Assembly: GCA_034780895.1 (NCBI GenBank)
Contig: JAUZTB010000033.1
Coordinates: forward strand, 49,669,173 to 49,733,172
DNA length: 64,000 nucleotides
Reading direction: 5' to 3'
Source of the DNA: Rhynchobatus australiae
Lineage: Eukaryota
Below, piece after piece: positions 13,247-24,772 of this stretch (positions are counted from its first letter, which is position 1; each line of letters begins with the position of its first letter). The notes beneath the pieces are model-generated. The model was not told the DNA's origin. It searched no databases and saw nothing but the letters and a program-made list of their open reading frames with translations. Both the position numbers and the translations under genes were made by a program.

Positions 13247-13346
13247 ATGGCAGCACTTCGTCTCCTCAAACCATTTCACGCGTTGGAACCGGTTTTACAG
13301 ACAGAAGCTATTTTCTATCCCATTATCGCAGCCGTTGGAATTCCAG
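13247..13346 (+). CDS. GPR139-like GPCR exon 1 (copy B)
   Basis: gccaggATG...; 100 nt encoding MAALRLLKPFHALEPVLQTEAIFYPIIAAVGIP + G, then donor gtaagt at 13347 (phase 1). The intron position matches vertebrate GPR139 (GLP|AN). Its exon 2 is not identifiable because of the gap at 14281. Confidence 0.85.
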
Positions 13347-13670
13347 GTAAGTGGTTAAATCCAATTACGAAAGTTACGCACCGTAGTATAATGTGTTTAC
13401 ATGCTCTTGTCCCGGAAATTTCTTTTTTTTTGTTTTCCCTGTCCTCAATCGATAGAAATGAAGAGTTAGCAGTGTCTCTGTTTTCCTGAACTCTCGTTTC
13501 GCCAACGGAATAATGTTATTTTTAATGACTGGAAGCTTCGGATCGTTTTATTTATTCAACCTCTGCCTAATTTTGTTGCGTTTGACTGAAAATCCCCGGA
13601 GTCAATGAAGGTCACTTTCTTGTTTGCATGTAGCAACTGCTGACCGCCGCCTTTCGGGTTACTGTCGGTC

Positions 13671-14280
13671 AGAATATTTTTTTTCTTTCCCTAAAGTGCC
13701 CGGTTACTCCCGTTGCGGAGTACAGCTGCGGCGACCATCCGCTCGGTGCCTGCACGCACACACCTGGGATTCTGAGGAGTCAGGAGGGCGACTGCAGTGC
13801 CATTGGTTTCTGTTTTATTGTGACGTTGAAGATATTAAACCTGCTCCTCCCAAACCCTGCTGAGAGCGGATTTCAACTTCGTACAGAAATCCCGATTCCC
13901 AGCCTGACCACTTCCGATGAAGGATGAAAATCTCTTTTTCGCATTCCGCCTTCTGGGTGGTGGGAGAGAGCTGCCTTCAGCAACATCCCTTCCTGCAGAG
14001 ACAGAGAAGCTGCACGGCATCCATTGCACCGAGCGTGCGATTGAATGAAGGCAAAGCCTGCCTGAGAAACGGCCCTCACATTGTCAGTGTCTTTGAAATC
14101 ATTTTCACTCTTCAACGTGACTCCCTCCAGACATTTTCTGCTTTCAGAACCCAGTAAATGCCGAGGTTTCTCGCTTTATTGCTGACAAAGAAGTTAATTA
14201 TATGATCACGTTTGCAGACTGATTACGGTCAACCCGCGCCCTGTGAAACCACTGCTCCACGGAAATCATTTAAAAAGTCG
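13671..14280 (+). repeat. Cluster-specific intronic unit, copy 1 (others at about 14873-16075 and 17595-18800)
   Basis: Near-identical blocks such as gctcggtgcctgcacgcacacacctgggattctgag occur at 13741, about 14943 (diverged) and about 17664. Confidence 0.85.
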
Positions 14281-14440
14281 NNNNNNNNNNNNNNNNNNNN
14301 NNNNNNNNNNNNNNNNNNNNNNNNNNNNNNNNNNNNNNNNNNNNNNNNNNNNNNNNNNNNNNNNNNNNNNNNNNNNNNNNACGGGCTGGCAGTTGGATTT
14401 CAGAACCGAGCACGAGTTTTCCCATCGCTTCTCCGCCAGG

Positions 14441-14540
14441 ATGGCAGCACTTCGTCTATTCAAACCATTTCTCGCTCTGCCACCCGTTTTTCAGACAGAA
14501 GCCATTTTCTATCCCATTATCGCTGCTGTTGGAATTCCAG
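14441..14540 (+). CDS. GPR139-like GPCR exon 1 (copy C)
   Basis: 100 nt encoding MAALRLFKPFLALPPVFQTEAIFYPIIAAVGIP + G, donor gtaagt at 14541. Tandem paralog of copy B. Confidence 0.85.
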
Positions 14541-14872
14541 GTAAGTGATTTCATCCAATTCTGAAAGTTATGCATCGGAATTAAATGTGCTTTCCTTCTC
14601 TTATCCCGGCAGCATTCCGATATAGTTTTGTTTTTGCTTTCCCTGCCCTAAATGGATAGAAAGGGAGAATTATCAGTGGCTGATCATTGCTGAACTATTG
14701 TTCCGCCAACAGATTATTGTTACTTTCAATGCCAAGAAGCTTCGGATATTTTGTTCATTTAGCGTCTGCCTAGTTTATTGCGTTGAACAGAAAATCCCTG
14801 CTGTCAATAAAGGTCACTTTATTTTTTTCCATACAGCAACTCAGCCCCGGCGCCTTTCCGGTTGCTCTGGGT

Positions 14873-16075
14873 TAGAATCACCTTCATACATTCTCTAAAA
14901 TGCCGGTTTCCCCCGTTGCTGAATAAAGCCACGGAGCCAGCCGCTCGGTACCTGTACACACATACCTGAGATTCTGAGCAGTCAGGAGGGTGACTGCACT
15001 GCCATTGGTTACGGTTTTCCAGTGACGTGCACGATATTAATCCTGGTGCTCCTCAACCCTGTCGATGGCGACTTTCAACTTCGTGCCGAAATCCCTATTT
15101 CTTGCCTGATCACTTCAGATGAAGGCTGAACATCTCTTTTCGCATTCCGCCCTCCAGGCGGTGGGAGGCAGCTGCCTTCTCCAAAGTCCCTTCCTGCAGC
15201 GATACCGCTGCTGCACGGAATCTATTGCGCCGAGGGTGCGATTGAAGGAAGACGCAGTCTCCCTGTGAAACGGCCCTGACATTGTCCGGTCTCTGAAATC
15301 ATTTTCACTTTCTACCTTCGCTCCCTCCAACCATTTCTGCTCTCGGCATCCAGTAAATGCCGAGGTTTCTCGCTTGACTTCGGAGAAAGAAGTGAATTAT
15401 ATGATCACATGTTTGCAGCCTGACACTGGACCTCCGGCACCCTGTGAAACTGTTGCTCCACGTCAATCGCTTCAGCAAAACATTTCTGCTGACTTTTAGA
15501 ATTTTCCAGTCGCCATCAGAAACATAATCAGTTTCATTATCACTGTCTAATTTGACGTGAAATTTGATGTTTTCTGGCACAGTAAACTGTAAATATATAA
15601 CATTACCATAAATCACAAAACAAAAAATAGTTCAACGAAAGGAATAATGAGGTGGTGTTTAAGGGTTCATTGAAATCTGAGGAGGGAAGGGAACAAGTTG
15701 CAGCTGAAACGTTCAGTTTGGTCTCCAGGCACATCCTCCCCGATGGGAGTTACGACAAAGTTACTATGACGATATCATTCGCCGGCTTTTCCAAGTGACT
15801 CCTCATATCGTCTTCCAATACGGCTATAACAAACGACTTAGCTGATATAAATTTCGGCCATCACTGTGAACGGAAAGATTCCCTCTCCTTTCGTGATCAC
15901 ATTTCTATTGCTCTCAGATCCGCTGCCTTCTGCTCAGTCCTTTCAATGTTGGCAACAGCCGTATCTGTGGCATCCTCTTCTTCCTCTGTCTCCTGGACTT
16001 TCAGAACGTTAAACGCTCCGAATGTTCTTTGGAGTCATTGAATTGTATTGGAGCAGAGGGCGGCTTCCCCAGGGC
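14873..16075 (+). repeat. Cluster-specific intronic unit, copy 2
   Basis: Colinear with 13671-14280 and 17595-18800. Confidence 0.8.
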
Positions 16076-16250
16076 NNNNNNNNNNNNNNNNNNNNNNNNN
16101 NNNNNNNNNNNNNNNNNNNNNNNNNNNNNNNNNNNNNNNNNNNNNNNNNNNNNNNNNNNNNNNNNNNNNNNNNNNCAAATGCACACTGACAGAATCTGTG
16201 CAAGATATGTGCAAATAATCAGCATAATAACAATATGTTTCTAAAATTCT

Positions 16251-16414
16251 TCATTGGCAATTTCTCACATCACATAAAAGCTGAAATATGTCCTTCTGCA
16301 AGGACAATGGTGACTGCAACGACACACCAGATCCACCAATATTTGTCTCCCAGCAATCGTACCCAAAGTCTTTTAAAGCCCGTTTGGAAGCTTCTACCAC
16401 AGAAGGACTCGTAT
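16251..16414 (-). CDS. MVK: Mevalonate kinase, last coding exon (isolated fragment)
   Basis: Acceptor ctttgtctttcag, phase 1, reading (D)TSPSVVEASKRALKDFGYDCWETNIGGSGVSLQSPLSLQKDIFQLLCDVRNCQ*. This matches the vertebrate MVK C-terminus (human ...[30 protein letters not shown]...). No other MVK exons are visible. Confidence 0.85.
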
Positions 16415-17594
16415 CTGAAAGACAAAGTTAACTAAACACATTAGAGTAACCGAGTAGTGACACAGTAGAATCCAAAGTACATTTTCTCATTTCAGAATTT
16501 TTGTGGGAAGTTTTCAGCTACATTTGCAATAATCCAAGTAGCATAAGGATACACCAAGCAAATGTGCAAGTAGGAGCTAGGGTTGAGTGGGCAAACAAAG
16601 GACAAGTATTTCCATAAATGAAACAGGTGGTGAGATAATGTGGTGCTGAAAAAGCCAACTATTTGTCTGCAAGTATCAAAAGGCAACACAAAACTGAAAT
16701 ATTTCAGGCATGTCATATCCAGTAGAATTGGCATTTGCACATCTTTTTGTAATAGTTTAAAACAAAATCTTGCTAAAATTGGCCATACCCACTAAACTGG
16801 TCAAGACAGCTGTTTCAATTAACTTACATACTGAATTTCTGCTACTTATATCTATTTGTGAGTCTCTTAAAAATTTAACTGTTTTAATGTGGAATGGCAC
16901 TGATGGAAACTATTTAAAAAATATTTAATTTACTAAGAAAATGACCACAGAGCTCCAATGTAATGCTTCTGTATAGTCAAAAGTCAATACCAATTATTTT
17001 AGTTATTTAAAATCTGATTACCATGGTGGTGGCATTCACTAAATTCATTTCCATCTATCTTAAAGCTTGTCACTCTTAAATTTATCAATGAATATTTTTA
17101 ATGCATGACTGAAATAAATGCTTCTCAATTCCATTGGCTCGCAAGATTTTAGTTCAGGCAATATTCAAACAAGTGATTGGAAAGTTAAACTAAACTTCAC
17201 TTCAGAACACTTGCCCAATTTACACACCGAATGCCAGTTACAGCCAAAGGAGAAATTATATAACCAGATGGATGTGAAAAACACTACTGCCTTGAAGTTG
17301 CATTAGCAAAAAATCTATTTGCAAATGTCTGTGTGTAAATCGAGCACAAGAAACATGTTAAGCAAATATTTTAAACTGCTTGTTTCCATTTCCAGGAGAA
17401 GCCCACCCATTAAGAATTTGAACCTAGTACTTCCTGTCACAATACAACATGGATCCTTCTTACATGCGATTCAGATTTATTCACAAAATTAGATCAAAGT
17501 ATTCCAACCTATGTTTAACACTAGGCAAAAAATGGTCAAAGTGCAAACCATGCAGCAATTCAAGAACCATACCACAGGTTAAAAGGCTCCACTG

Positions 17595-18800
17595 GAATAT
17601 CTTTTTTTATTTCCATAAAATGCCCTGTTACTCCCATTGCTTAGTACAGCTGCGGCGACCATCCGCTCGGTGCCTGCACGCACACACCTGGGATTCTGAG
17701 CAGTCAGGAGGGCGACTGCAGTACCATTGGTTTCTGTTTTATTGTGACGTTGAAGATATTAATCCTGGTCCTCCCAAACCCTGCCGAGAGCGGATTTCAA
17801 CTTCGTGCAGAAATCCCGATTCCCAGCCTGACCACTTCAGATGAAGGATTAAAATCTCTTTTCGCATTCGGCCTTCAGGGTGGTGGGAGAGAGCTGACTT
17901 CTGCAACATCCCTTCCTGCAGAGACAGCGCAGCTGCACGGCATCCATTGCACCGAGAGTGCGATTGAAGGAAGGCACAGCCTGCCTGAGAAACGGCCCTG
18001 ACATTGTCAGTGTCTTTGAAATCATTTTCACTCTTCGACGTGACTCCCTCCAGCCTTTTTCTGCTTTCAGAATCCAGTAAATGCCGAGGTTTCTCGCTTT
18101 ATTGCAGACAAAGAAGTTAATGATATGATCACGTTTGCAGACTGATTCCGGTCAACCCGCGCCCTGTGAAACCACTGCTCCCAGGAAATCATTTAAAAAG
18201 TCGTTTTCGCCGTCTTGTAAGAATTGTCTATTCGCACTCGGAATTATAATCAGGTTCATTATCACTGTCGAATTTGACGTGAAAATTGATGCTTTGGGGA
18301 AGGATTACATTGCAAAGATATAAAATTACCATAACTTACAAAGCAAAAGATCTTCTTTTTAAAATAAGGAATAAGGAGGTGGTGTTCAAGGGTCCATCGG
18401 CTCTTGAGAAATCTGCATCTGAACCGTTGAGTTTGGTCTTAAGGCTCCTGTCCCTCCTCCTCGATGGCAGTAACGAGGAAGTTACTGCGATGGAGGTACG
18501 ATCGTATCATTCGCCGGCCTTATTCAGTGACTCCTCACCTCCTCTTCCAACACGAGTCTCTCAAATAACTTAGATCTTATCAATCGGCCATGACCGTGAA
18601 CGGTGAGATGCCCTCTCCCTTCGTGAACAGACTTCTGTCGCTCTTTGATCGACTGCATTCTTCTCAGTCCTTTCAATGTTGGCAATAGCTGTATCTGTTG
18701 CATCTTTCTCCTGGATTTTCTTAACTTTAAACGTTCCGAATGTTCTTTGAGTCATTGAATTGTTATTGGAGCCGAGAGCGGTTTCCCCAACGCGACTCCA
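17595..18800 (+). repeat. Cluster-specific intronic unit, copy 3
   Basis: Very similar to 13671-14280 and 14873-16075. It begins abruptly after AT-rich MVK intron-like sequence with no N gap. Confidence 0.85.
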
Positions 18801-21099
18801 TGTCGAGGGGACAAGAGTTAATAAATGCAGGATTGGTGTGTCATTGGTGGGTGCCGGCTTTCACCAGCGTGAATGTTTCTGTGCTGTGTTGCTCAGCTTC
18901 AGTCTCCGTTGCTGCGTCTGCATGAAGCGAGATCTGCTGTCTGGGCCATCCGCTAATCAGAACAATTTCACTCCCTTTACCTGTCCAAACCTGACATGAC
19001 CACGTGACTCAAAATATTCTTCATACCGTTTTTAGAAGGCCAGCCCATTTTGTCCCAGACTAACCTTCAGCTGAAATACGTCGTTCACGAGGACAGCCCG
19101 GTAAATATTTATTGGTGAGTTATTCAGCCACTGTTGTAGAGCATTCAATATGTTTCCCCGCATTTGATGCAACTGTCCATTTGTGACTTAATCATCGTCT
19201 CTTATACACGCGCCACAATTTCTTCAGACCACTCCGCTATTCCTCAATCCAAGGATCACCCATGTTTTGGTCCGTCCGCTCTCGATGTCATTCAGACATA
19301 TTAACCGATGTGTGAACATGTAATCCTGGCTGTATCGGCACCTGCACCCAATTTAAACTCTTGTTTAGTTTGTGTTTTCTGTCCTCAATTCACTTCCGAT
19401 AACATATTTCCGCCGTTTCTCCGCCCATTGTGATACACGCCCAGTCTGTGCGGTTGTTCCTTTCCTCAGGGTTGACCACATCTGTAAATCTCTGCCATCC
19501 GTAATGTATTATTTTTGACAGTTGCACACCTACCTCCGAAGCAGTAACGTGTGTGGAAAATATATTGTTGGAAGATCTGCCAGCTGAGGACTTTTGACAC
19601 TCCACTCCGAGGAAATAATCTCCTTGGTTACGTGGCACAACACGTCGTCTCCTTGGTCCAACCTGTGTGTCGTGTCTCTATCGTCGCTGTATCACTCAAT
19701 CCATTCCTTCAGTTTACCGAAACAATTCCGTATGTGCGCTTCAATCAAGCATTTGGTTTTAAATGCCCCAGTTGACAACCATTTCGCACCGTTCATTGGA
19801 CTTCCTCACATGAAAACGATTTACCAGGTCAGCCAGACAGGGTTTGTGGAAAGCAAATCAGCTTTCTCTTTGTAAAATCAAAGTACCCGCGCTAATTACA
19901 ATTTACTTCACTGTTAATTGCTCTCGTTCCTCCGTCCGCGAGGTCAAACTTACCAAGATTACGTTCCCAAGTGTTTCTCAACAAACCTTCATGCAGAGGG
20001 GTTCCACGTTTTACAGATTTCAGTAAATTTATAATGTCAGTTGGTCAGGTGGAAATTGAAGATTAAAATCTTACGATCATGTACACGGCAGTGCACAAAC
20101 AGCGTTGGAGGAACTGTGCAGGTCAGGCAACATCCATGGATGAAATAAACAGTCGACATTTCGAGCCGAGACAATACATAAAAGTAGTTGGTGGCCTGAC
20201 TCCACTGTGTGACGTCTGGTAGCTTCACTCTCACACATTCAGAGATTCACATTGGCCACTCATGATTTAACCTGATATATTTTTTCCTTGAACCATTTGC
20301 ATCATTTCAGCACAATGAAACCCTGCCAGATTAATTTCAAGTGAAGTATCGCAAACAGGCGCATGTATCAGTTTGTCGGCAGATTGTTATGAAGTTCGAT
20401 ACAATCACCAGAAAGTGAAATACAGAAAGAAGTGATATCACTCTGTGTCAACCTGTTTCTTCTCAATCTCATCTTCAATATTAGCTGTTAATTACGCCGA
20501 GAATTGAGCTCTTTACCAGGAAGTATTGTTTTCCGAATGTATCTTTGAGCTGCAGTTGACCTGCGCATTTGTGCAGGTGTATAAATTCAGGACCTGAGCT
20601 CCTTCACTGAGCGTACCGCAGATCCACAAACATCCAAATTGCATTCACACTTACCAACCAGTCGGGGCTAATCCTCCAGTTCCACTTTGGATCTTTTATT
20701 TCTTCGCATTTCCGGAGCGGGTGCATGTCGCACTCCGGGCCCAGTGCTTTGACTGTGATTTAGCATTTGTCCATTTCCTTGGCATGCACTGACCGTTGAA
20801 TTGAACTTCGAGATTCTCCCATCCGACGCCTCGTGTCACACTTCCAATGCGGCTGACAGATTCAAATCTGCGTTCACCTTTCTGAGCTCCAATAGACTTT
20901 CAGTGCACTTCCGTTGATTTTAAATACCTATCGTATTATTGAGCTGTATTGATCTGCAGTGACGCGGTCCACCAACCAAGGAAATCCCAAGCGGAAGCCC
21001 TTCATTTTTTTCGCTTTGATTCATTTTTTCAATGTGTTATTTGGAAGTAAGTTTAGGTATTAAATATTTGCTTCAGCAAGCGGCTCCAATGCGTCTAAC

Positions 21100-21500
21100 G
21101 TCATGGATACGGCACGAAAACGGGCCTTTGGGTCCAACTCTTCTGCGCTGACGAACTTGCCTGCCTCATATCACCCAACTTGGCTGCATATGACCATTAT
21201 CCCTCCATATCCCTCAAAAACTTTCGTATCCACACAAATGTCTAAACGTCCGATAAACGATACAGTTGTATCCGGCAGCTCATTCCAGGTACCCAACACT
21301 TTCTGTTTAAGAAACTCAGCAATCCGGTCACCTTTAAATCTTTCCCCCCTCAACTTAAATCAAGGCTCTCTTGTTTTAGAGTCCACTGCCCTGGGGAATG
21401 TACAGTGAGTATTCACTTTATCAGTGCCGCTCATGAATTTATACACCTCCACAAAGTCACCACTCAGCCTCCTGTATTTCAGGGGGAAGAAGGAGCCTCT
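21100..21500 (-). mobile_element. CR1-type LINE 3' end in GPCR intron
   Basis: RRLSGDFVEVYKFMSGTDKV and RGERFKGD...FLKQKVLGTWNELP. Confidence 0.8.
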
Positions 21501-21639
21501 CCACGTCCTGTCTCTGATCGTGTCCATACTGTGTTCCGATCTTAAACAAAAGTAAAATATCGACTCACAGACTGCGTCACTGGCTCTAGAAAGTGAACTT
21601 GAAGGTAAATCTTTGTTTCTGATTCTTTCCCTCTCACAG

Positions 21640-22542
21640 CGAACGTGCTGGCGATTGTGATCCCGTCCAGGGGAAAGTGCGGCCTCTCCAGGTGTGTCTC
21701 TCGCTACCTCGTGGCCATGGCAGCGGCAGATGTTGGTCGTGGTCATTGATGTGATTCTCTTCCGTATTAATGGGTTATATGTGACAACACGATTCTTTAA
21801 CATTACCCAAGTGTGCTCAGTCCATACGGCCATGATTCATGCAGCCACAGACATTTCCGTGTGGTTAACACTGTCTTTCACATTTGATCGATATGTAATG
21901 ATTTGTTGTCACAAGATGAGGACTAAATATTGCACCGAGAAAACTGCAGCCAGGGTTATAGGAACAGTTATCCCTCTGTTCTGTTGCAAAAACATACCCT
22001 GGTACTTTGCATTTCATCCTTTCTTTACAGTGCAGAACGTATCTTGGGGCTGTGCTGTAAAACAGGAGATTTATACTGAACCGGAATGGGTGGCATTCAC
22101 CTGGATTCACCGCTGCTTCACCCCTCTGCTTCCAATATTCCTGATATCAATGTTCAATGCGCTGACCGTGGGAAACATTTTGGCGGTCAGTAGAGTCCGG
22201 AAGATGCTAAGAGGCAGCAAACATGAGGCGACTGACAACGATGCCGAGATGGAAAACAGAAGGAAGTCCATCATCTTACTCTTTGCTATATCCGGCAATT
22301 TCATACTACTTTGGATGACGTATTTTGTATTTTTTCTCTGGGTACAAATTGCTAAGCGCTACTATGCAACCAGTTTCAGCGACCCGATGTTTATCGCGGA
22401 TCAAACCAGCTACATGCTCCTTCTTTTGAGCTGCTGCACAAACACCTGCATATATGCAGTGACTCAGTCTAAGTTCAGACAGGAGCTGAAGAATGGGATG
22501 CTGTATCCACTAGGAATATTATTTAAACGTGGAAAGGAATGA
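21640..22542 (+). pseudogene. GPR139-like GPCR exon 2 (copy D), TM1-TM7, with one 2-nt frameshift
   Basis: Acceptor ctctcacag|cg gives ANVLAIVIPSRGKCGLSRCVSRYLVAMAAAD. The sequence then reads GATGTTGGTC where the paralog at about 53205 has GATCTGTTGGTC (CT lost at 21731/21732). It continues in ORF 21694..22542 with FTFDRY, RRKSIILLFAISGNFILLW and SCCTNTCIY. Otherwise intact, so it is either a recent pseudogene or a consensus error. Confidence 0.9.
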
Positions 22543-22599
22543 ACACAATGCAGGAATTCATGGGAATAGGCTCAGCAGCTTTTCATCTTCCTTTTCACC

Positions 22600-23940
22600 T
22601 GGGGCAAGACATTTTCCCGGCTCCTTCAGACACGTCGGCAATAACCGGCATCTCATGTTATATTTTGATCCTCCTCAAAAAACCCTATCAGGCTTGTGAG
22701 CAAAGATCTCCCCCTCACAAAGCCATGTTAGTTGTTCCTAATAAGTCCATGCTTTTCGAAATGCTCATAGATCCTGTCCCTCAGATCCTTTCTAACAGTT
22801 CACCCACCACAGAGGAAAGGCTCACCGGTCTGTAAATTTCCAATACCTACTAACTTTTTTGAATTAAAAAAAGATTTATTTAATCTGACATCAGTGCGAG
22901 GGCGATGGCTGGAAAGGATGATTCAGACTCTGGTGACAGACACTTTGGGAATTATGCGGGGTCAAATGGTTTTATTTATGAAGTGGAGTTGGAACCAAAT
23001 CTATGTATGAATCCGACCAATCAGCTCCCGTTTAAAAGCCCTTCCACAACGTAATCAGATGTTTCTGACAGGCCGACATCGGAACAAATACTTTCGAGAT
23101 CAATCCTGTCTGTAACATCCTGTCTATCTCACAATCTGTTACCTTCCTTTCAGATCATCTCGTAGGGAAAACAAGCCCAACACATCCAATCTCTCGCCAT
23201 ATTCTCCAATCCAGGCAAAATACCAGCGATCCTCCTCTGCTCTCTTCCCAGCAGAATCGCATCCCTCGTGTGCAGTGGTGACCGGAATTACAAACACTGT
23301 TCTGAATACGGGTTGCACAATCACGTTCCGTCTTATATTCCATGTCCATGTCAATGAATGCTGGCATGCCGCATGCCTTCCTCACCAACCTTCATGGAGG
23401 TCTGCACTTGCACCCTAAGAACCTCCTGCACTTCAACACTGTTAGACGACTTGCCATTCACAACGTACGTTCTCTGTAAATTTTAAATCCCGAGGTACTG
23501 CACCTCACATCTGGCAGGACTCAACTCCATCAGCCATTAGTCCAACTATATCGGCAACTGATCTGTATCACGGTAGTGTAGCGGTTAGCTTAACACTATT
23601 ACGGCGCCATCGACCCGGGTTCAATTCCCGCCGCTGTCTGTGAGGAATTTTCACATTCCCCTGTGTCTCCGTGGGTTTACTCCGGGTGCTCCTGTTTCCT
23701 CCCACATTCCAAAGATGAACAGCTTCGGAACTGTGGACATATTTTCTTGGATCAGGAAGAATGGCGACACTTGCGGGCTGCCCCCAAAACTCTCTGCGCA
23801 AAAGAGGCATTGAACTGTGTGTTTCAATGTACATGCGACTAATAAAGATATATTATCTTATCTTATCTCAGGCAATCTTCTGCACTCTCCACAACAGCAA
23901 CAATCTTTGTATCTCTGTGAACTAACTGACTCGCCGATCT
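22600..23940 (-). mobile_element. CR1-type LINE fragments (interrupted by a SINE)
   Basis: Reverse-strand RT motifs (YRPVSL.SVVG.LLE, QHGFV.GRS) at 22600-22840, and RT tail fragments at 23140-23568 resuming at about 23870. Confidence 0.65.
23570..23869 (+). mobile_element. V-SINE (HE1-like tRNA-derived SINE), near full length
   Basis: A box (tagcggttagc), B box (ggttcaattcc), V domain (gtgggtttactccgggtgctcctgtttcctcccacattccaaaga) and a tail aataaag...(tctta)n. Confidence 0.85.
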
Positions 23941-24613
23941 ATTTTTTTTCTTTTTAATCTCTTTTTTTTATAATTTCAAATCAGTATTCATAACAACAGC
24001 AATTATACACATGATATAAAGAGATCTGGATTACAATGATAACAGCTAACATCTACAAACTAAAGAGGAAAATATGTAATCTGAAGCTCCCAGTCTCTTA
24101 ACAATTGAACATGAAAAAGATTTAAGAGAAATTTTATTATCTGAATGAAACAATCCAAATACAGCAACAAAACAAAATGAATGTTAATAAAAAAACTAAC
24201 CAAGAACTAAACAAAAGCTGAGCTGTCGTATTTCATCGATTAAAAAAATGTTATGTCATTAACTCCGCCCCTCTACATTCGAATGGAAAATTATTGAAAC
24301 GGATTCGGAAATGGTAAACTTACATCTTCTGAAATTTACTGGATAAATGAGCTCCAAGTTTCTTCAAAATTCACCGAAGGATCAATAGTACTACTGTTTA
24401 TTTTTTCTAAGTTTAAACATGTTATATTTTGGGGAAACAATTGTATTATAGTTGGAGGTTTAGGATCTTTCCATTTAAATAGAATAGATCTTCTGGCTAT
24501 TAATGTAACAAATGCAATCATACGACAAGTTGATGCAGATAAATGGCCAGAATCCATTATTGGTAACTGTTCCGGACTAGGACTATAAGTGAGTGAAGTG
24601 AGTGTCCCTTTTA

Positions 24614-24617
<4 letters not shown>
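23941..24617 (-). mobile_element. L1-clade LINE 3' end with A-rich tail
   Basis: IAFVTLIARRSILFKWKDPKPPTIIQ...CLNLEKI...FEETWSSFI is the typical fish L1 ORF2 C-terminus. The T-rich run at 23942-23970 is the A-rich tail. Confidence 0.8.

Positions 24618-24672
<55 letters not shown>
24618..24672. repeat. (GT)n microsatellite running into a gap
   Basis: Perfect GT repeat. Confidence 0.95.
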
Positions 24673-24772
24673 NNNNNNNNNNNNNNNNNNNNNNNNNNNN
24701 NNNNNNNNNNNNNNNNNNNNNNNNNNNNNNNNNNNNNNNNNNNNNNNNNNNNNNNNNNNNNNNNNNNNNNNN

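Noticed and set aside
20575-20600. TATA-like tataaat as the promoter of receptor D
   Set aside because: No exon-1-like sequence or donor follows, and such hexamers are common by chance.
21694-21731. N-terminus MSLATSWPWQRQM of the 282-aa ORF
   Set aside because: It is an out-of-frame read upstream of the 2-nt deletion. The real exon starts at the acceptor at 21640.
23570-23640. tRNA-like sequence with A and B boxes (also 24900-24968 and 26815-26890)
   Set aside because: These are heads of V-SINEs (at 23570 and 24900 continuing into the V domain), not cloverleaf tRNA genes.
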